DNA of 24,000 nucleotides from Clostridiales bacterium (GTDB taxonomy: Bacteria; Bacillota; Clostridia; Caldicoprobacterales; DTU083): positions 66,668 through 90,667 of the forward strand of contig DUSN01000070.1 of assembly GCA_012842605.1 (NCBI GenBank). The letters are read 5' to 3'. Both the position numbers and the translations under genes were made by a program. Positions 1 through 9,518 of the stretch are shown here, one piece after another. The notes below the pieces were generated by a model. That model worked only from the letters and a program-made list of their open reading frames with translations, did no database searches and was not told where the DNA came from. How positions within the stretch are numbered: position 1 is the stretch's first letter; the number at the start of each line of letters is the position of its first letter.

Positions 1-1
1 A

Positions 2-334
2 AAAGCGAGATATCCCGGATATGATCTTTGCTACATTATAGGCGGCGATACATTGCTTGATCTGAAAAACTGGAGAGATTTTATGAATGTAGCCAGGCTG
101 TGCAGCTTTATTGTGTACCGTCGGCCGGGATACGAAGATCAGGAAATAAACTCGGTGGCCGACAGGCTTGCCCGTGAATACCAGGCTGATATTGCGTTTG
201 TTGAAGGTCCTGGGCTGGATATATCATCCAGGTATATTAAAAGCAGGCTGTACAGTAACCAAACAATCAGATACCTGGTACCGGAAGCTGTTTATGAATA
301 TATAAAGAAACGCAAACTATATAAAGGGGTATAG
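2..334 (+). CDS. nadD: Nicotinate-nucleotide adenylyltransferase, C-terminal part (5' truncated by window edge)
   Basis: Frame open from base 2 (KARYPGYDLCYIIGGDTLLDLKNW..); NadD-like GGD..L..W motif and C-terminal ISSRYIKSRL..G.. pattern. The listed TTG start at 53 is internal. Confidence 0.85.
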   Translation, partial: KARYPGYDLCYIIGGDTLLDLKNWRDFMNVARLCSFIVYRRPGYEDQEINSVADRLAREYQADIAFVEGPGLDISSRYIKSRLYSNQTIRYLVPEAVYEYIKKRKLYKGV

Positions 335-337
335 AAA

Positions 338-964
338 ATGGCTGGTTATGACAGCATAGTAAACGAGCTTAGTAAATGGATTGATGATAAACGGCTGAAA
401 CATTCATATGGAGTAAGTGAATGCGCAGCAAAACTGGCTGAGCATTATGGTGCAGACGCAGATAAGGCAAGACTGGCCGGCTTAATTCATGACTGTGCAA
501 AAAACCTTCCTGACCAGGAGGCACTTAGGCTGTGCAAGAAGTATCATTTTCAGCCGGATGCCATATCATGTATGAATAAAGCATTGCTCCATGCTCCCCT
601 TGGAGCATTGTTGGCACAAGAAATTTTTGGGATACATGACCGGGAAATATTGGATGCAATTGCGTGCCATACTACGGGGAAAAAAGGGATGTCGCTATTT
701 GAAAAGATAATATGCCTGGCGGACTACATTGAAGAGGGGCGCAGGTATGAAGGGGTGGACAATATCAGATCCCTTGCCTTTAAGGATATAAATAAGGCAT
801 TGCTTACTGCCTTTGAACTGTCCATACGCAATGTGCTGGACAGAGGTAAGCTGCTTCATCCCATGACGGTAGAGTCAAGGAATGCTATACTTTTAGAGAT
901 TGAAAATGAAGATAAATCCCGGCAGCTGGCATCTCTTAAGAACCAGCAGCCAATAGAAAGTTGA
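338..964 (+). CDS. yqeK: HD-domain protein of the YqeK family (predicted bis(5'-nucleosyl)-tetraphosphatase)
   Basis: HSYGVSECAAKLAEHYGADADKARLAGLIHDCAKNL and HAPLGA..A..I motifs; follows nadD and precedes rsfS, the usual Firmicutes order. Confidence 0.88.
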   Translation: MAGYDSIVNELSKWIDDKRLKHSYGVSECAAKLAEHYGADADKARLAGLIHDCAKNLPDQEALRLCKKYHFQPDAISCMNKALLHAPLGALLAQEIFGIHDREILDAIACHTTGKKGMSLFEKIICLADYIEEGRRYEGVDNIRSLAFKDINKALLTAFELSIRNVLDRGKLLHPMTVESRNAILLEIENEDKSRQLASLKNQQPIES

Positions 965-1015
965 AAGGGAAATATTTATATACTCAACTTTTATGTGAAA
1001 AAAGGAGGCTTTATT

Positions 1016-1360
1016 TTGTACGATTCCTACAAGCTGGCTCAGGAAATAGCAGATATACTGGATGACAGAAAAGCGGAAAATATTATAGTTTTGGACATAA
1101 GCCGTTTGTCCATACTGGCTGATTACTTTGTTATTGCATCCGGCAGGTCAGAGCTTCAGGTAAGTGCTTTGCACGATGAGCTGAATAAAAGGCTGTCAGC
1201 TAAGGGTATAAACCCGCTTCACCTGGACCAAAGCAAACGATGGGTTGTATTGGACTACGGTGATATTATAGTCCATATATTTCACCATGAGGAAAGGTCT
1301 TTCTACAACCTGGAAAGGCTTTGGGCAGATGCAATGCAGATTCGTTCTTCAGCTGAATAA
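1016..1360 (+). CDS. rsfS: Ribosome silencing factor RsfS (Iojap family)
   Basis: ADYFVIASGRSELQVSAL..LDQSKRWVVLDYGDIIVHIFHHEERSFYNLERLW is characteristic. The start is better placed at TTG 1016, behind AAAGGAGG at ~1001-1008, than at the listed GTG 995. Confidence 0.9.
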   Translation: MYDSYKLAQEIADILDDRKAENIIVLDISRLSILADYFVIASGRSELQVSALHDELNKRLSAKGINPLHLDQSKRWVVLDYGDIIVHIFHHEERSFYNLERLWADAMQIRSSAE

Positions 1361-1374
1361 AGCTGCGTATATGG

Positions 1375-2793
1375 TTAGTACCTGCGGTACATGAAATATC
1401 GTCTGCGTCTTCTTCGGTTTATAATTAATACGGCAATCTTCAGCAGGATAAAAGCCGATATAATACTAACGACTAATATTATCCAGCTAAATCCTGGTTC
1501 ACCCGGTTCAGGTGTCAGGACATCCAATACAGTTTTACGCTGTACATCCCGTACTGCGGTCAGCGGCGCGGAAGCAAGCAATTTTCCGTTGAGTGTTACA
1601 TTCAACACTCCAAGCTGCTGGCCTTTGTAAATGGGAGCTTCCAGCCGGGGCATTTCTTCTGTTGATTTTTCAGACAGTAAATCTGTATTCCATATAATTT
1701 CCTGTTTTATGAGAGGTATATCTTCCCTATGAAAGACATCTCCAAAATCCTTGGCAGAAATTTGCACTGCAAGACTGCCCCAGTCGTCAGAGGCATAATT
1801 GTCAACCGGCAGCGCTTGTATGATAGCACCTTCCCTGAACACCACATGATATTCAAAATTTGAAAAGCCATATTCGAGCATATCCCGTGTTTCTTTCCAC
1901 TGGCAGTTATGCTGTGAATTTAACACCACTGCTACCAGATCCAGACCATTCTTTGATGCAAAGGTCACCAGGCATTGCCCGGCTTTGCTGGTATAGCCGG
2001 TTTTGCCTCCGGTAGCATATTCATAGTATTCGTCTTCGTTTTTATTCAGTATTTTATTTTTGCTCCGCCAATAGCGCGGCTCACCTGTGTCCCAGTATTT
2101 TGTGTCCATAGAAATAGTGGAAGCCGCCTGCATGAAAAATTCATTCTTCATAGCTTCTCTGCCGATCATGGCAAGATCGTAGGCAGTGGTATAATGATCT
2201 GGGTCATGATATCCATGGGGATTTACAAAATGTGAATTCCTGGCTCCGGCTTTTTTGGCACGGTCGTTCATCAGCATGGCAAAGTAATCCAGGGCTTCCT
2301 GGGTGGATAAATTTTTTCCGGATTTTTTCCTGGCAATGTGGACTGCTATGGTATTGGCAGCATCATTGCCTGAGTTTATCATCATACCCAGTACAAGGTC
2401 TCTCAGGGTGATCTTTTCACCGATTGTTAATCCAGCCTTTGAACTGTCCCAGGGTACTAAATTGACTTCATCACCTACAGTTACCATTTCATCCAGTTTT
2501 CCGTATTCAGCAGCTATCAATGCAGTAAGTATTTTAGTAGTGCTGGCAGGGTATAATCTTTGGTATTCCTGCTTTCCAAACAGAACCTTGCCGGTATTTA
2601 ATTCTATTATTACAGCCCCTTGTGCAGTCATCTGCTCCAGTGGGTCTGAATTCTCCTGTTCTGTAACAACTGATATATCTATGCCTGTTGCGGTCTTATC
2701 TGCTGGTTCACCAAAAACGATTGCTGGAGCTGAACTTATTAAAATAATAGTAATGAGTATATAGCAAATAAATTTAAAAACTGACTTTTTCAT
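1375..2793 (-). CDS. dacF: D-alanyl-D-alanine carboxypeptidase (DacF/PBP5-like, peptidase S11)
   Basis: Signal peptide, LYPASTTKILTA (SxxK), SGNDAA (SxN), KTGYTSKAG (KTG), C-terminal TM anchor. ATG at 2793 preceded on the minus strand by an AAGGGG-like SD. Confidence 0.85.
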   Translation of the reverse strand: MKKSVFKFICYILITIILISSAPAIVFGEPADKTATGIDISVVTEQENSDPLEQMTAQGAVIIELNTGKVLFGKQEYQRLYPASTTKILTALIAAEYGKLDEMVTVGDEVNLVPWDSSKAGLTIGEKITLRDLVLGMMINSGNDAANTIAVHIARKKSGKNLSTQEALDYFAMLMNDRAKKAGARNSHFVNPHGYHDPDHYTTAYDLAMIGREAMKNEFFMQAASTISMDTKYWDTGEPRYWRSKNKILNKNEDEYYEYATGGKTGYTSKAGQCLVTFASKNGLDLVAVVLNSQHNCQWKETRDMLEYGFSNFEYHVVFREGAIIQALPVDNYASDDWGSLAVQISAKDFGDVFHREDIPLIKQEIIWNTDLLSEKSTEEMPRLEAPIYKGQQLGVLNVTLNGKLLASAPLTAVRDVQRKTVLDVLTPEPGEPGFSWIILVVSIISAFILLKIAVLIINRRRRRRYFMYRRY

Positions 2794-2996
2794 GGATAAC
2801 CCCTTAGATAATTTTCTGTCTATATAAACCGTAAAACAAAATTTATTATACCATAACAACTTGTGTTATTCACCCCTAAAAGATGCATTATATAATATGT
2901 TTTTCTATGAATCCCTGATGTATAGAACTTAAATATGAAGGAATTTAACGATTTTCATCGAATAATACTAACATTATTTGGGAATCAGGTGGGATT

Positions 2997-3656
2997 ATGT
3001 TTCATTTTGACAGAATACAGCAGAAAATATTCGTTATTATGGGCATATTAATACTGATTCTATCCGGCATTTTAATTTTCAGGGAGTATAATTACCGTGG
3101 CAGGCTTTCTGCAGATTTATCCGGCACTTCTCCGCAGATTTGGGAAAACCCCGGCATTGTTCCGTCAAACAAGCCAGCAGAAGAACAGCCTGGAAAACAA
3201 GTCCGGTCCGGAGAAACTGAACGTCAAATCATAAAGGTTTATATAACTGGCAAGGTGAAGAACCCGGGTGTAATAACCATGTACGAAGGAGACCGGGTAG
3301 ATGACGCTATAAAGCTGGCGGGTGGTGCACTGCCTGATGCTGACTTGTCGCGCATTAACCTTGCTATGAAGGTACAGGATGAGGATATGTATTATGTACC
3401 CGGCATCGGAGAAGAGATTCCTGATGAAATACTGCTGCCCGGCAGCCAGCAAAGCGCTGGAAGCAAGGTGAATATTAATAAGGCGGATCAGGCCCAATTG
3501 GAGACTTTACCGGGTATTGGCCCTGCCAAGGCACAAAAAATTATTGAATACCGGGAGAAGCATGGTGGATTCAAGACAATAGAAGAAATAATGAATGTGT
3601 CCGGAATCGGCGAAAAAACATACGAAGCCTTGAAAGATCAAATAGATATCAGGTAG
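2997..3656 (+). CDS. comEA: ComEA-like protein: N-terminal TM helix, SLBB domain, C-terminal helix-hairpin-helix DNA-binding domain
   Basis: SLBB-like VYITGKVKNPGVITMYEGDRVDDAIKLAGG; HhH VNINKADQAQLETLPGIGPAKAQKIIEYREKHGGFKTIEEIMNVSGIGEKTYEALKDQI. Confidence 0.88.
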   Translation: MFHFDRIQQKIFVIMGILILILSGILIFREYNYRGRLSADLSGTSPQIWENPGIVPSNKPAEEQPGKQVRSGETERQIIKVYITGKVKNPGVITMYEGDRVDDAIKLAGGALPDADLSRINLAMKVQDEDMYYVPGIGEEIPDEILLPGSQQSAGSKVNINKADQAQLETLPGIGPAKAQKIIEYREKHGGFKTIEEIMNVSGIGEKTYEALKDQIDIR

Positions 3657-3696
3657 CTGTACAGGAAAAGTATGGCAATCCAAAAAACGGGTAAAA

Positions 3697-3725
3697 TTGA
3701 TTTTAGAGGCCTTGTATGGTAGAAT
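3697..3725 (+). promoter_or_regulatory. Candidate sigma-A promoter for the two-component operon
   Basis: TTGATT (3697-3702), 17-nt spacer, TAGAAT (3720-3725), ~30 nt upstream of the response regulator ATG. Confidence 0.5.
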
Positions 3726-3756
3726 TATCATATAAATACAGAAAGGATACGATGCT

Positions 3757-4437
3757 ATGGCTAAAAAGATATTAATAGTGGATGATGAACCTGCCATTGT
3801 TAAAGGCCTTTCCTTCAGCCTTAAACAGGATGGGTATGAAATAGACGCAGCATATGACGGTGAAGAAGCAATCGAAAAATTCAACAACAACCCCTATGAA
3901 TTGGTGATATTGGACGTTATGCTTCCCAAACTGGACGGATTGTCTGTATTGCAGCGCATTCGTGAACGTTCCAGAGTACCGGTCATCATGCTGACTGCCA
4001 AGGGTGAGGATATGGATAAGATATTAGGCCTGGATTACGGAGCTGATGACTATATAACCAAACCCTTCAACATACTTGAGCTTAAAGCCAGAATTAAGGC
4101 TGTTTTCCGCAGGCTGAGCGGTGTAAGCACAGAACAGGTCATCCGTGTAAAGAATATGGAAATTAATCTTTCCAACCGTAGCGTGACTATAGATGGCAAA
4201 GAGGTCAATTTAACAGCCAAGGAATTTGATTTGCTGCAATTGTTTGCAACGAATCCTGGAAAGGTGTACAGCCGGGAAAGTCTGCTGGAGATTGTCTGGA
4301 AATATGACTACCTGGGTGATTTGAGAACAGTTGATGTGCATATACGCCGACTCCGGGAGAAAATAGAAAAGAATCCCAGCCAACCTGATTTTATATTTAC
4401 CAAATGGGGAGTTGGATATTATTTTGCGGATAAATAA
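3757..4437 (+). CDS. OmpR/PhoB-family response regulator
   Basis: Receiver DDEPAIVKG..LVILDVMLPKLDG..PVIMLTAKGEDMDKILGLDYGADDYITKPF and winged-helix DNA-binding C terminus. Confidence 0.95.
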   Translation: MAKKILIVDDEPAIVKGLSFSLKQDGYEIDAAYDGEEAIEKFNNNPYELVILDVMLPKLDGLSVLQRIRERSRVPVIMLTAKGEDMDKILGLDYGADDYITKPFNILELKARIKAVFRRLSGVSTEQVIRVKNMEINLSNRSVTIDGKEVNLTAKEFDLLQLFATNPGKVYSRESLLEIVWKYDYLGDLRTVDVHIRRLREKIEKNPSQPDFIFTKWGVGYYFADK

Positions 4438-5905
4438 GCGCTTTTTTTCCAGCCTTCGCTGGAGAATAGCATTTGCTTACCTGATGGTAATAGGGATAGG
4501 CTTTTTTATAATCAACATTTCTATCATGGAAATCCTGGAGCAGCATCTGATTGATGATAAAAAGACCGCTTACCAGAAATATTCGATTCAACTGGCCCAG
4601 ATCATTGCAAATGGTTTTTATGAGCGGGATCCAAACATTTTTTATCAGATTCGGGAGTTCGGCAATGAAATAGATCAGATAGAAGGCGAATCAACCAGGA
4701 TTCTCATTTTAAATGACAGCGGCATTGTAGAGATGGATTCCTATCAAAGCACCAGCCTGCTGCGCCGGAATCTAAGCGAAGATTATTCGGAAGTATCAAG
4801 TGTTTTGCAGGGCGAGTCCGTTCCGGCAAGAGATTTAATTATCGCAACCGGTGACCCGGTAGAATATAAAAGGGTGCTGTATGCATATGCTCCTATTACT
4901 CACTATTCAGAAGGCATAATTGGAATGGTGTTTTTATCAACATCATTGGATGGCATTGAATCCATAATGAATGATATACGGAAAGCCATCGTTTTCTTCT
5001 CTGCAATAATTAGTGTATCTATTATATTAGTCAGCTTGATACTGTCCGGCTTCATTACCCATCCTATTAAAGAGCTGACTGCTGTAATTACTAAAATGAG
5101 CAAGGGGTACTTGAATCAAAGGATTAATATCCGTGGAGGCGGAGAATTGCGCCAGCTTGGAGAAGCCTTTAATATAATGAGCGAAAGGCTGGAAAACCTG
5201 GATAATGCTCGTAATGAGTTTGTATCCAATGCATCCCACGAGTTGAAGACACCTTTAAGCGCCATTAAAGTACTTGCGGAATCATTGCTTAATATGGATG
5301 TGGACGATCCTGCTATTTATAAGGAATTTTTATCAGATATAAATTTTGAAATTGACAGGTTGAACGCTATTATCACTGACCTTCTTGTGCTGGTCCAGAT
5401 GGACAAGGAAGGAGCAGCCAGCCAGTTTAAACGGGAGCCGGTGGATTTGAATGAACTTGCAAGAAGAACAATAAAAGGCCTGCAGCTGCTGGCTGAACAG
5501 AAAAAAATTCGGCTGGAGCATTTCTCTGAAGAAGAAGTGGTTGTAATGGGTGATATGCTTAAGCTGCAGCAGGTTATATCAAACATAATTGACAATGGCA
5601 TTAAATATACGCCGGATGGCGGAAGGGTTACAGTAGAGGTATACAACACCCCGGAACATGCTGTTGTCAAGGTTAGCGACACTGGAATCGGCATCAGCCA
5701 AAAGGACATTAGCAGGATATTTGACCGGTTCTATAGAGTTGATAAGGCCAGGTCCCGCGCAACCGGAGGTACAGGCCTGGGATTGTCAATTGCAAATAAG
5801 ATAGTAATGCTGCATCACGGGTTTATCCGGGTTACCAGTGAAGAAAACAAAGGTACTACCTTTTATATAGAACTTCCATATAATTCAGGTACTGAAGTCG
5901 AATGA
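4412..5905 (+). CDS. Membrane sensor histidine kinase (TM - extracytoplasmic domain - TM - HAMP - HisKA - HATPase)
   Basis: HAMP region; FVSNASHELKTPLSAIKVLAESLL (H box); NIIDNGIKYTPDGG (N box); DTGIGISQKDISRIFDRFYRVDKARSRATGGTGLGLSI. Overlaps the response regulator; exact start codon uncertain (TTG 4412 or a nearby codon). Confidence 0.93.
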   Translation: MDIILRINKRFFSSLRWRIAFAYLMVIGIGFFIINISIMEILEQHLIDDKKTAYQKYSIQLAQIIANGFYERDPNIFYQIREFGNEIDQIEGESTRILILNDSGIVEMDSYQSTSLLRRNLSEDYSEVSSVLQGESVPARDLIIATGDPVEYKRVLYAYAPITHYSEGIIGMVFLSTSLDGIESIMNDIRKAIVFFSAIISVSIILVSLILSGFITHPIKELTAVITKMSKGYLNQRINIRGGGELRQLGEAFNIMSERLENLDNARNEFVSNASHELKTPLSAIKVLAESLLNMDVDDPAIYKEFLSDINFEIDRLNAIITDLLVLVQMDKEGAASQFKREPVDLNELARRTIKGLQLLAEQKKIRLEHFSEEEVVVMGDMLKLQQVISNIIDNGIKYTPDGGRVTVEVYNTPEHAVVKVSDTGIGISQKDISRIFDRFYRVDKARSRATGGTGLGLSIANKIVMLHHGFIRVTSEENKGTTFYIELPYNSGTEVE

Positions 5906-5970
5906 TGACGATTAATCGTATTGTTAAGTTTGCTTAACAAAATTGTAAAGTGATACTGATATAATGAGGT

Positions 5971-6999
5971 ATGAGGTTGATGAATATTAGCAGAAAATTG
6001 AATATATTAGTACCGGTAATTATAATAATGCTGGCTCTTATAACCGGATGCAGCAGGTTGCTGGGTAACATACCGGGCAATGATAATGAAGGCAGAACTG
6101 CCAATCCGCCTCAGGTGAAAGAAAGTCCTGTGCCCATTGACCCTTATGAACAGGCAAAGGAGACACGGATAACATTGTACTTCAAGCATGAAATTGCGGA
6201 CTTTCTTGTGCCGGAAGAGCGAACAGTACTGCAGGAGAAAAAGAGCACCGAACAGCTTATAGTTGAAGAACTGCTGAAAGGCCCACAAAGCTTTGAAAGG
6301 GTGCTGGTAATGCCGCCCGGTACAGAAATAATAGATGTTACCAGGCGAAGCGACACGGTCTTTGTAAACCTGACCGATGATTTTTTAAATCCCATAGACC
6401 TGACAGCCATACCAGGCAAGGAGAAAACCCCGGAAGAGGATTATGCAGCGGTACAGGCTGAAATGAAGCGGCTGGCAGTATATTCTATTGTCAATTCATT
6501 GACATACCTGGATGGAGTAAATCAGGTAAAGTTAATGGTTAACAACACTCAGCTGTCCTATCGTGAGATGGGAACCGAAATATTGCTGGAAGAGGGCTCG
6601 GTATTAAACCCTGATTCCCCCATGGTTGCCTTGCACAGAAACAAGAATGTAAACCAAACTCCGGCTAAAACTGTTAGACTGGTGCTGAATGCACTGACTG
6701 CAGAACCGGACTGGGATATAATATACAGGTTTTTATCCGGTAAGACCATGGATGGCAGCAATCTGCCGCCCCTGGACGAGTTTAAAGCTAAAGTTCCGCC
6801 TGTAGTGGGAGGCATGATTGCTTTTGAAGGCAGCCCTGTAATAGAAGAGGAATACCTGGTAAACAAGGCTTTTGTAACAGTACAATATACAGATAAAACA
6901 TCTGAGCCTGCAAAAGAAGTAAATGAGGTACTGACAGTTGATTACATTGATGGTATATGGAAGCTGCGGCTTCCGTCGATCTTCAGTCAGTATAAATAG
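5971..6999 (+). CDS. GerMN-domain lipoprotein (one GerMN-like domain plus C-terminal beta-rich domain)
   Basis: Lipobox LALITGC; GerMN-like ITLYF...LIVEELLKGP...MPPGTEI...VFVNLTDDF...YSIVNSLTYLDGVNQVKLMVNN. Confidence 0.78.
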   Translation: MRLMNISRKLNILVPVIIIMLALITGCSRLLGNIPGNDNEGRTANPPQVKESPVPIDPYEQAKETRITLYFKHEIADFLVPEERTVLQEKKSTEQLIVEELLKGPQSFERVLVMPPGTEIIDVTRRSDTVFVNLTDDFLNPIDLTAIPGKEKTPEEDYAAVQAEMKRLAVYSIVNSLTYLDGVNQVKLMVNNTQLSYREMGTEILLEEGSVLNPDSPMVALHRNKNVNQTPAKTVRLVLNALTAEPDWDIIYRFLSGKTMDGSNLPPLDEFKAKVPPVVGGMIAFEGSPVIEEEYLVNKAFVTVQYTDKTSEPAKEVNEVLTVDYIDGIWKLRLPSIFSQYK

Positions 7000-7042
7000 T
7001 TCAGTATAAACAAAGATGGGCAGCCGGAAAGGAGGGACAGCA

Positions 7043-8551
7043 ATGCGTCGTTTAGGACTGCTATGCATAGTCCTCGTCAGTATTATGCTGGTGGCTTGTG
7101 CCGGACCGCTGGCAAGGGATAAAGATGATAAAATAAAAGAGTTTAACAGAATAGAACAGGATGATGCTGAGATATCGGGTTCACCTGCGGATTTGGCCGA
7201 CAGTCCCAGGGTAGGGCAGTATTCAATTCTAAACACCAATGTCAACTTATACTTCCTTGATGAATCCTTAGGACAATTGGTTCCGGAAGTAAGAAGGTTT
7301 AATGCAGATTGGAGCAATATGGAACTTGTTGATTTTGCCCTGAAGCAGCTGATTAAGGGACCGGAAACAAGCGGCCTCAGCCCAGTGATTTCAAAGGATG
7401 TAAAAATTAACAAGATAGAGTTTGAGGAAAACATCCTGTCAGTGGATTTATCTTCTGAATTCTATGAATCCGATGATTTGGCACTGGCCAGAGCTGCCAT
7501 AACAAATTCCCTGCTGGATTTGGGAAACTTCAAGTATATAAGGCTGACAATTGATGGCAGGGAGGCATCAGACAGCTTGGGTGCAAATGCCGGATTAACC
7601 GGCTTGCTGACCAGGTATCCTGTCAGCATAAATGAGATTTCAGCCTTGGAAGCTCAAAACTTCAGCAATGCCGATGTACGCAAAATAAAATGGGAGCTGT
7701 TCTTTCAGGATTATAGCGGATATTATCTGCTTTCTGAAGTAAGGACCATCAATGTCAGGAACAACAACTATGCGGAAGCCATAGTAAATGAATTGATTAA
7801 AGGGCCGTCTGCTGAAGGAGAAGGATATTATCCTACAATACCTAAAGGTACTGTTTTAAATAAAACTGAATTCATAAAAGGAAAAGATGACAAAAGCGGA
7901 ATAGCATTATATTTCTCAAAAGAATTCAGGAATTTGGATGCATCAGGACCTTCTCAGGAAACCTCCATGCTGAGTTCTCTCGTATACAGCCTGACTTCAC
8001 TGCCCCAGGTGGATTTTATAAAGATTTATTATGAAAACAGTGAAGGTGAATATATAGAAGATCCTATATATAATACTTCACTGGAAAAGGAGTTAACCGT
8101 AGATCATTTCCCAAACAGAATTGGGAGACGAGTCCGTGTTTATTTTGGGGATACGCAGAGCATGCTTCTGCACCCCGAATACAGGGCGATAGCATATGAT
8201 GAAAATAACCTTGCTGCACGTATTTTGGCAGAGCTTGCTACGGATCCGGTTAACCCCGAAAGTGAAAGGGTAATTCCGGCATATATTCAGCCGGGAGATA
8301 TTTCTGTAAAAGTTGAAGAACAATTGGCAGAAGTGGACATACCATCTGCTTGCTTTGATGCTATAGACATTGACAACAAGAGGATTATCCGGGATTTATA
8401 TGCAGTAGTGAATACTCTCACTGATCCTGTAAACATGTGCAATATCAGGGAAGTACAATTTACCATAGATGGCAGCGTAGTTGAATCCTATAAAGATATT
8501 TCATTGAAGGAACCTTTTGTTATGAACCCGGCTTTGATAAAGACAGAATGA
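7043..8551 (+). CDS. GerMN-domain lipoprotein, apparently with three GerMN-like repeats
   Basis: Lipobox VSIMLVAC after MRRLGLL; ATG 7043 follows an SD-like AAAGGAGGG. Three repeats of xVxLYF...ELxKGP...P...hydrophobic strand...SLxxLxxxxxIxxxxxG type. The listed start at 7016 is less likely. Confidence 0.78.
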   Translation: MRRLGLLCIVLVSIMLVACAGPLARDKDDKIKEFNRIEQDDAEISGSPADLADSPRVGQYSILNTNVNLYFLDESLGQLVPEVRRFNADWSNMELVDFALKQLIKGPETSGLSPVISKDVKINKIEFEENILSVDLSSEFYESDDLALARAAITNSLLDLGNFKYIRLTIDGREASDSLGANAGLTGLLTRYPVSINEISALEAQNFSNADVRKIKWELFFQDYSGYYLLSEVRTINVRNNNYAEAIVNELIKGPSAEGEGYYPTIPKGTVLNKTEFIKGKDDKSGIALYFSKEFRNLDASGPSQETSMLSSLVYSLTSLPQVDFIKIYYENSEGEYIEDPIYNTSLEKELTVDHFPNRIGRRVRVYFGDTQSMLLHPEYRAIAYDENNLAARILAELATDPVNPESERVIPAYIQPGDISVKVEEQLAEVDIPSACFDAIDIDNKRIIRDLYAVVNTLTDPVNMCNIREVQFTIDGSVVESYKDISLKEPFVMNPALIKTE

Positions 8552-8585
8552 GAATTTCTGCTTTAATAAATTCAATTATATTGCA

Positions 8586-8618
8586 AACAACCTGTCGATT
8601 CATAGGCGGGTTGTTTTA
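8586..8618 (+). terminator. Candidate intrinsic terminator after the GerMN operon
   Basis: AACAACC ... GGTTGTT followed by TTATTTTC. Confidence 0.55.
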
Positions 8619-8684
8619 TTTTCTGGAGGATATTTTATCCAGCCGGCGAATATCATACTTATTAAGAACTAAGGAGGATATCAT

Positions 8685-9416
8685 ATGAAAAAACCTGTCA
8701 TATATGCTCATAGAGGTGCGTCAGCCTACGCACCGGAAAATACCCGGGCTGCTTTCAGCAAGGCTTTGGATATGCAGGCTGGAGGTATAGAACTGGATGT
8801 TCACCTGTCAAAGGACGGCTATCTGGCAGTTTGTCATGACGAAAGAGTAGACCGCACCAGCAGCGGTTCGGGCTGGATAAAGGACATGACATTGAAAGAA
8901 CTGAAAGAACTGGATTTCGGTTCATGGTTCAGCAATGAGTATGAAGGCGAGCGCATACTGATACTGGAAGAAGTGCTGGAGATGCTTAAAGATTGGGATG
9001 GCATTTTAAACATTGAATTAAAATCAGGCATCATTCTATATGAAGGTCTGGAAGAAAAGGTAATAGGCGTGCTTAAAGATTTCGACAGACTGGACAATGT
9101 TATCATCTCTTCATTCAATCACTACAGCTTGCTTGCTGTTAAAAAGCATGAACCCAGGCTGAAAATTGGCCTGTTGTATTCAGCAGGCTTAGTAGAGCCT
9201 TGGGAGTATGCAAAAAGAGTGGGTGCTGAAGCCGTTCATCCGTTGTATTTCAGCATGCTGCCTCCCATTGTCAATGGCTGCAGGGAACATGGAATAATTA
9301 CAAATGCATGGACTGTAGACAAACCTGAACATATACGCAATCTTGCCTTGGCCGGAGTGGACGGAATAATAACCAATGTACCGGATGTGGCAAAGGAAAT
9401 AATAGATCTTTTGTAA
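8685..9416 (+). CDS. Glycerophosphodiester phosphodiesterase (GDPD family)
   Basis: YAHRGASAYAPENTRAAFSKALDMQAGGIELDVHLSKDGYLAVCHDERVDRTSSGSG and WTVDKPEHIRNLALAGVDGIITNVPD; ATG behind AAGGAGG. Confidence 0.92.
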   Translation: MKKPVIYAHRGASAYAPENTRAAFSKALDMQAGGIELDVHLSKDGYLAVCHDERVDRTSSGSGWIKDMTLKELKELDFGSWFSNEYEGERILILEEVLEMLKDWDGILNIELKSGIILYEGLEEKVIGVLKDFDRLDNVIISSFNHYSLLAVKKHEPRLKIGLLYSAGLVEPWEYAKRVGAEAVHPLYFSMLPPIVNGCREHGIITNAWTVDKPEHIRNLALAGVDGIITNVPDVAKEIIDLL

Positions 9417-9444
9417 TAATATTGTAATTTATTCGTAATAACCT

Positions 9445-9473
9445 TTGTCTACTTCTATACGTCCAAATATGAT
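9445..9473 (+). promoter_or_regulatory. Candidate sigma-A promoter for the VanW-domain gene
   Basis: TTGTCT (9445-9450), 17-nt spacer, TATGAT (9468-9473). Confidence 0.5.
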
Positions 9474-9518
9474 ATAGTTTTATATAGCCATGAGTGTATA
9501 TATTTGGGAGGAAATTGA

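Noticed and set aside
6733-7434. 233-aa minus-strand ORF
   Set aside because: Antisense to two well-supported lipoprotein genes, no recognisable domain, Ser/Leu-rich composition typical of a shadow ORF.
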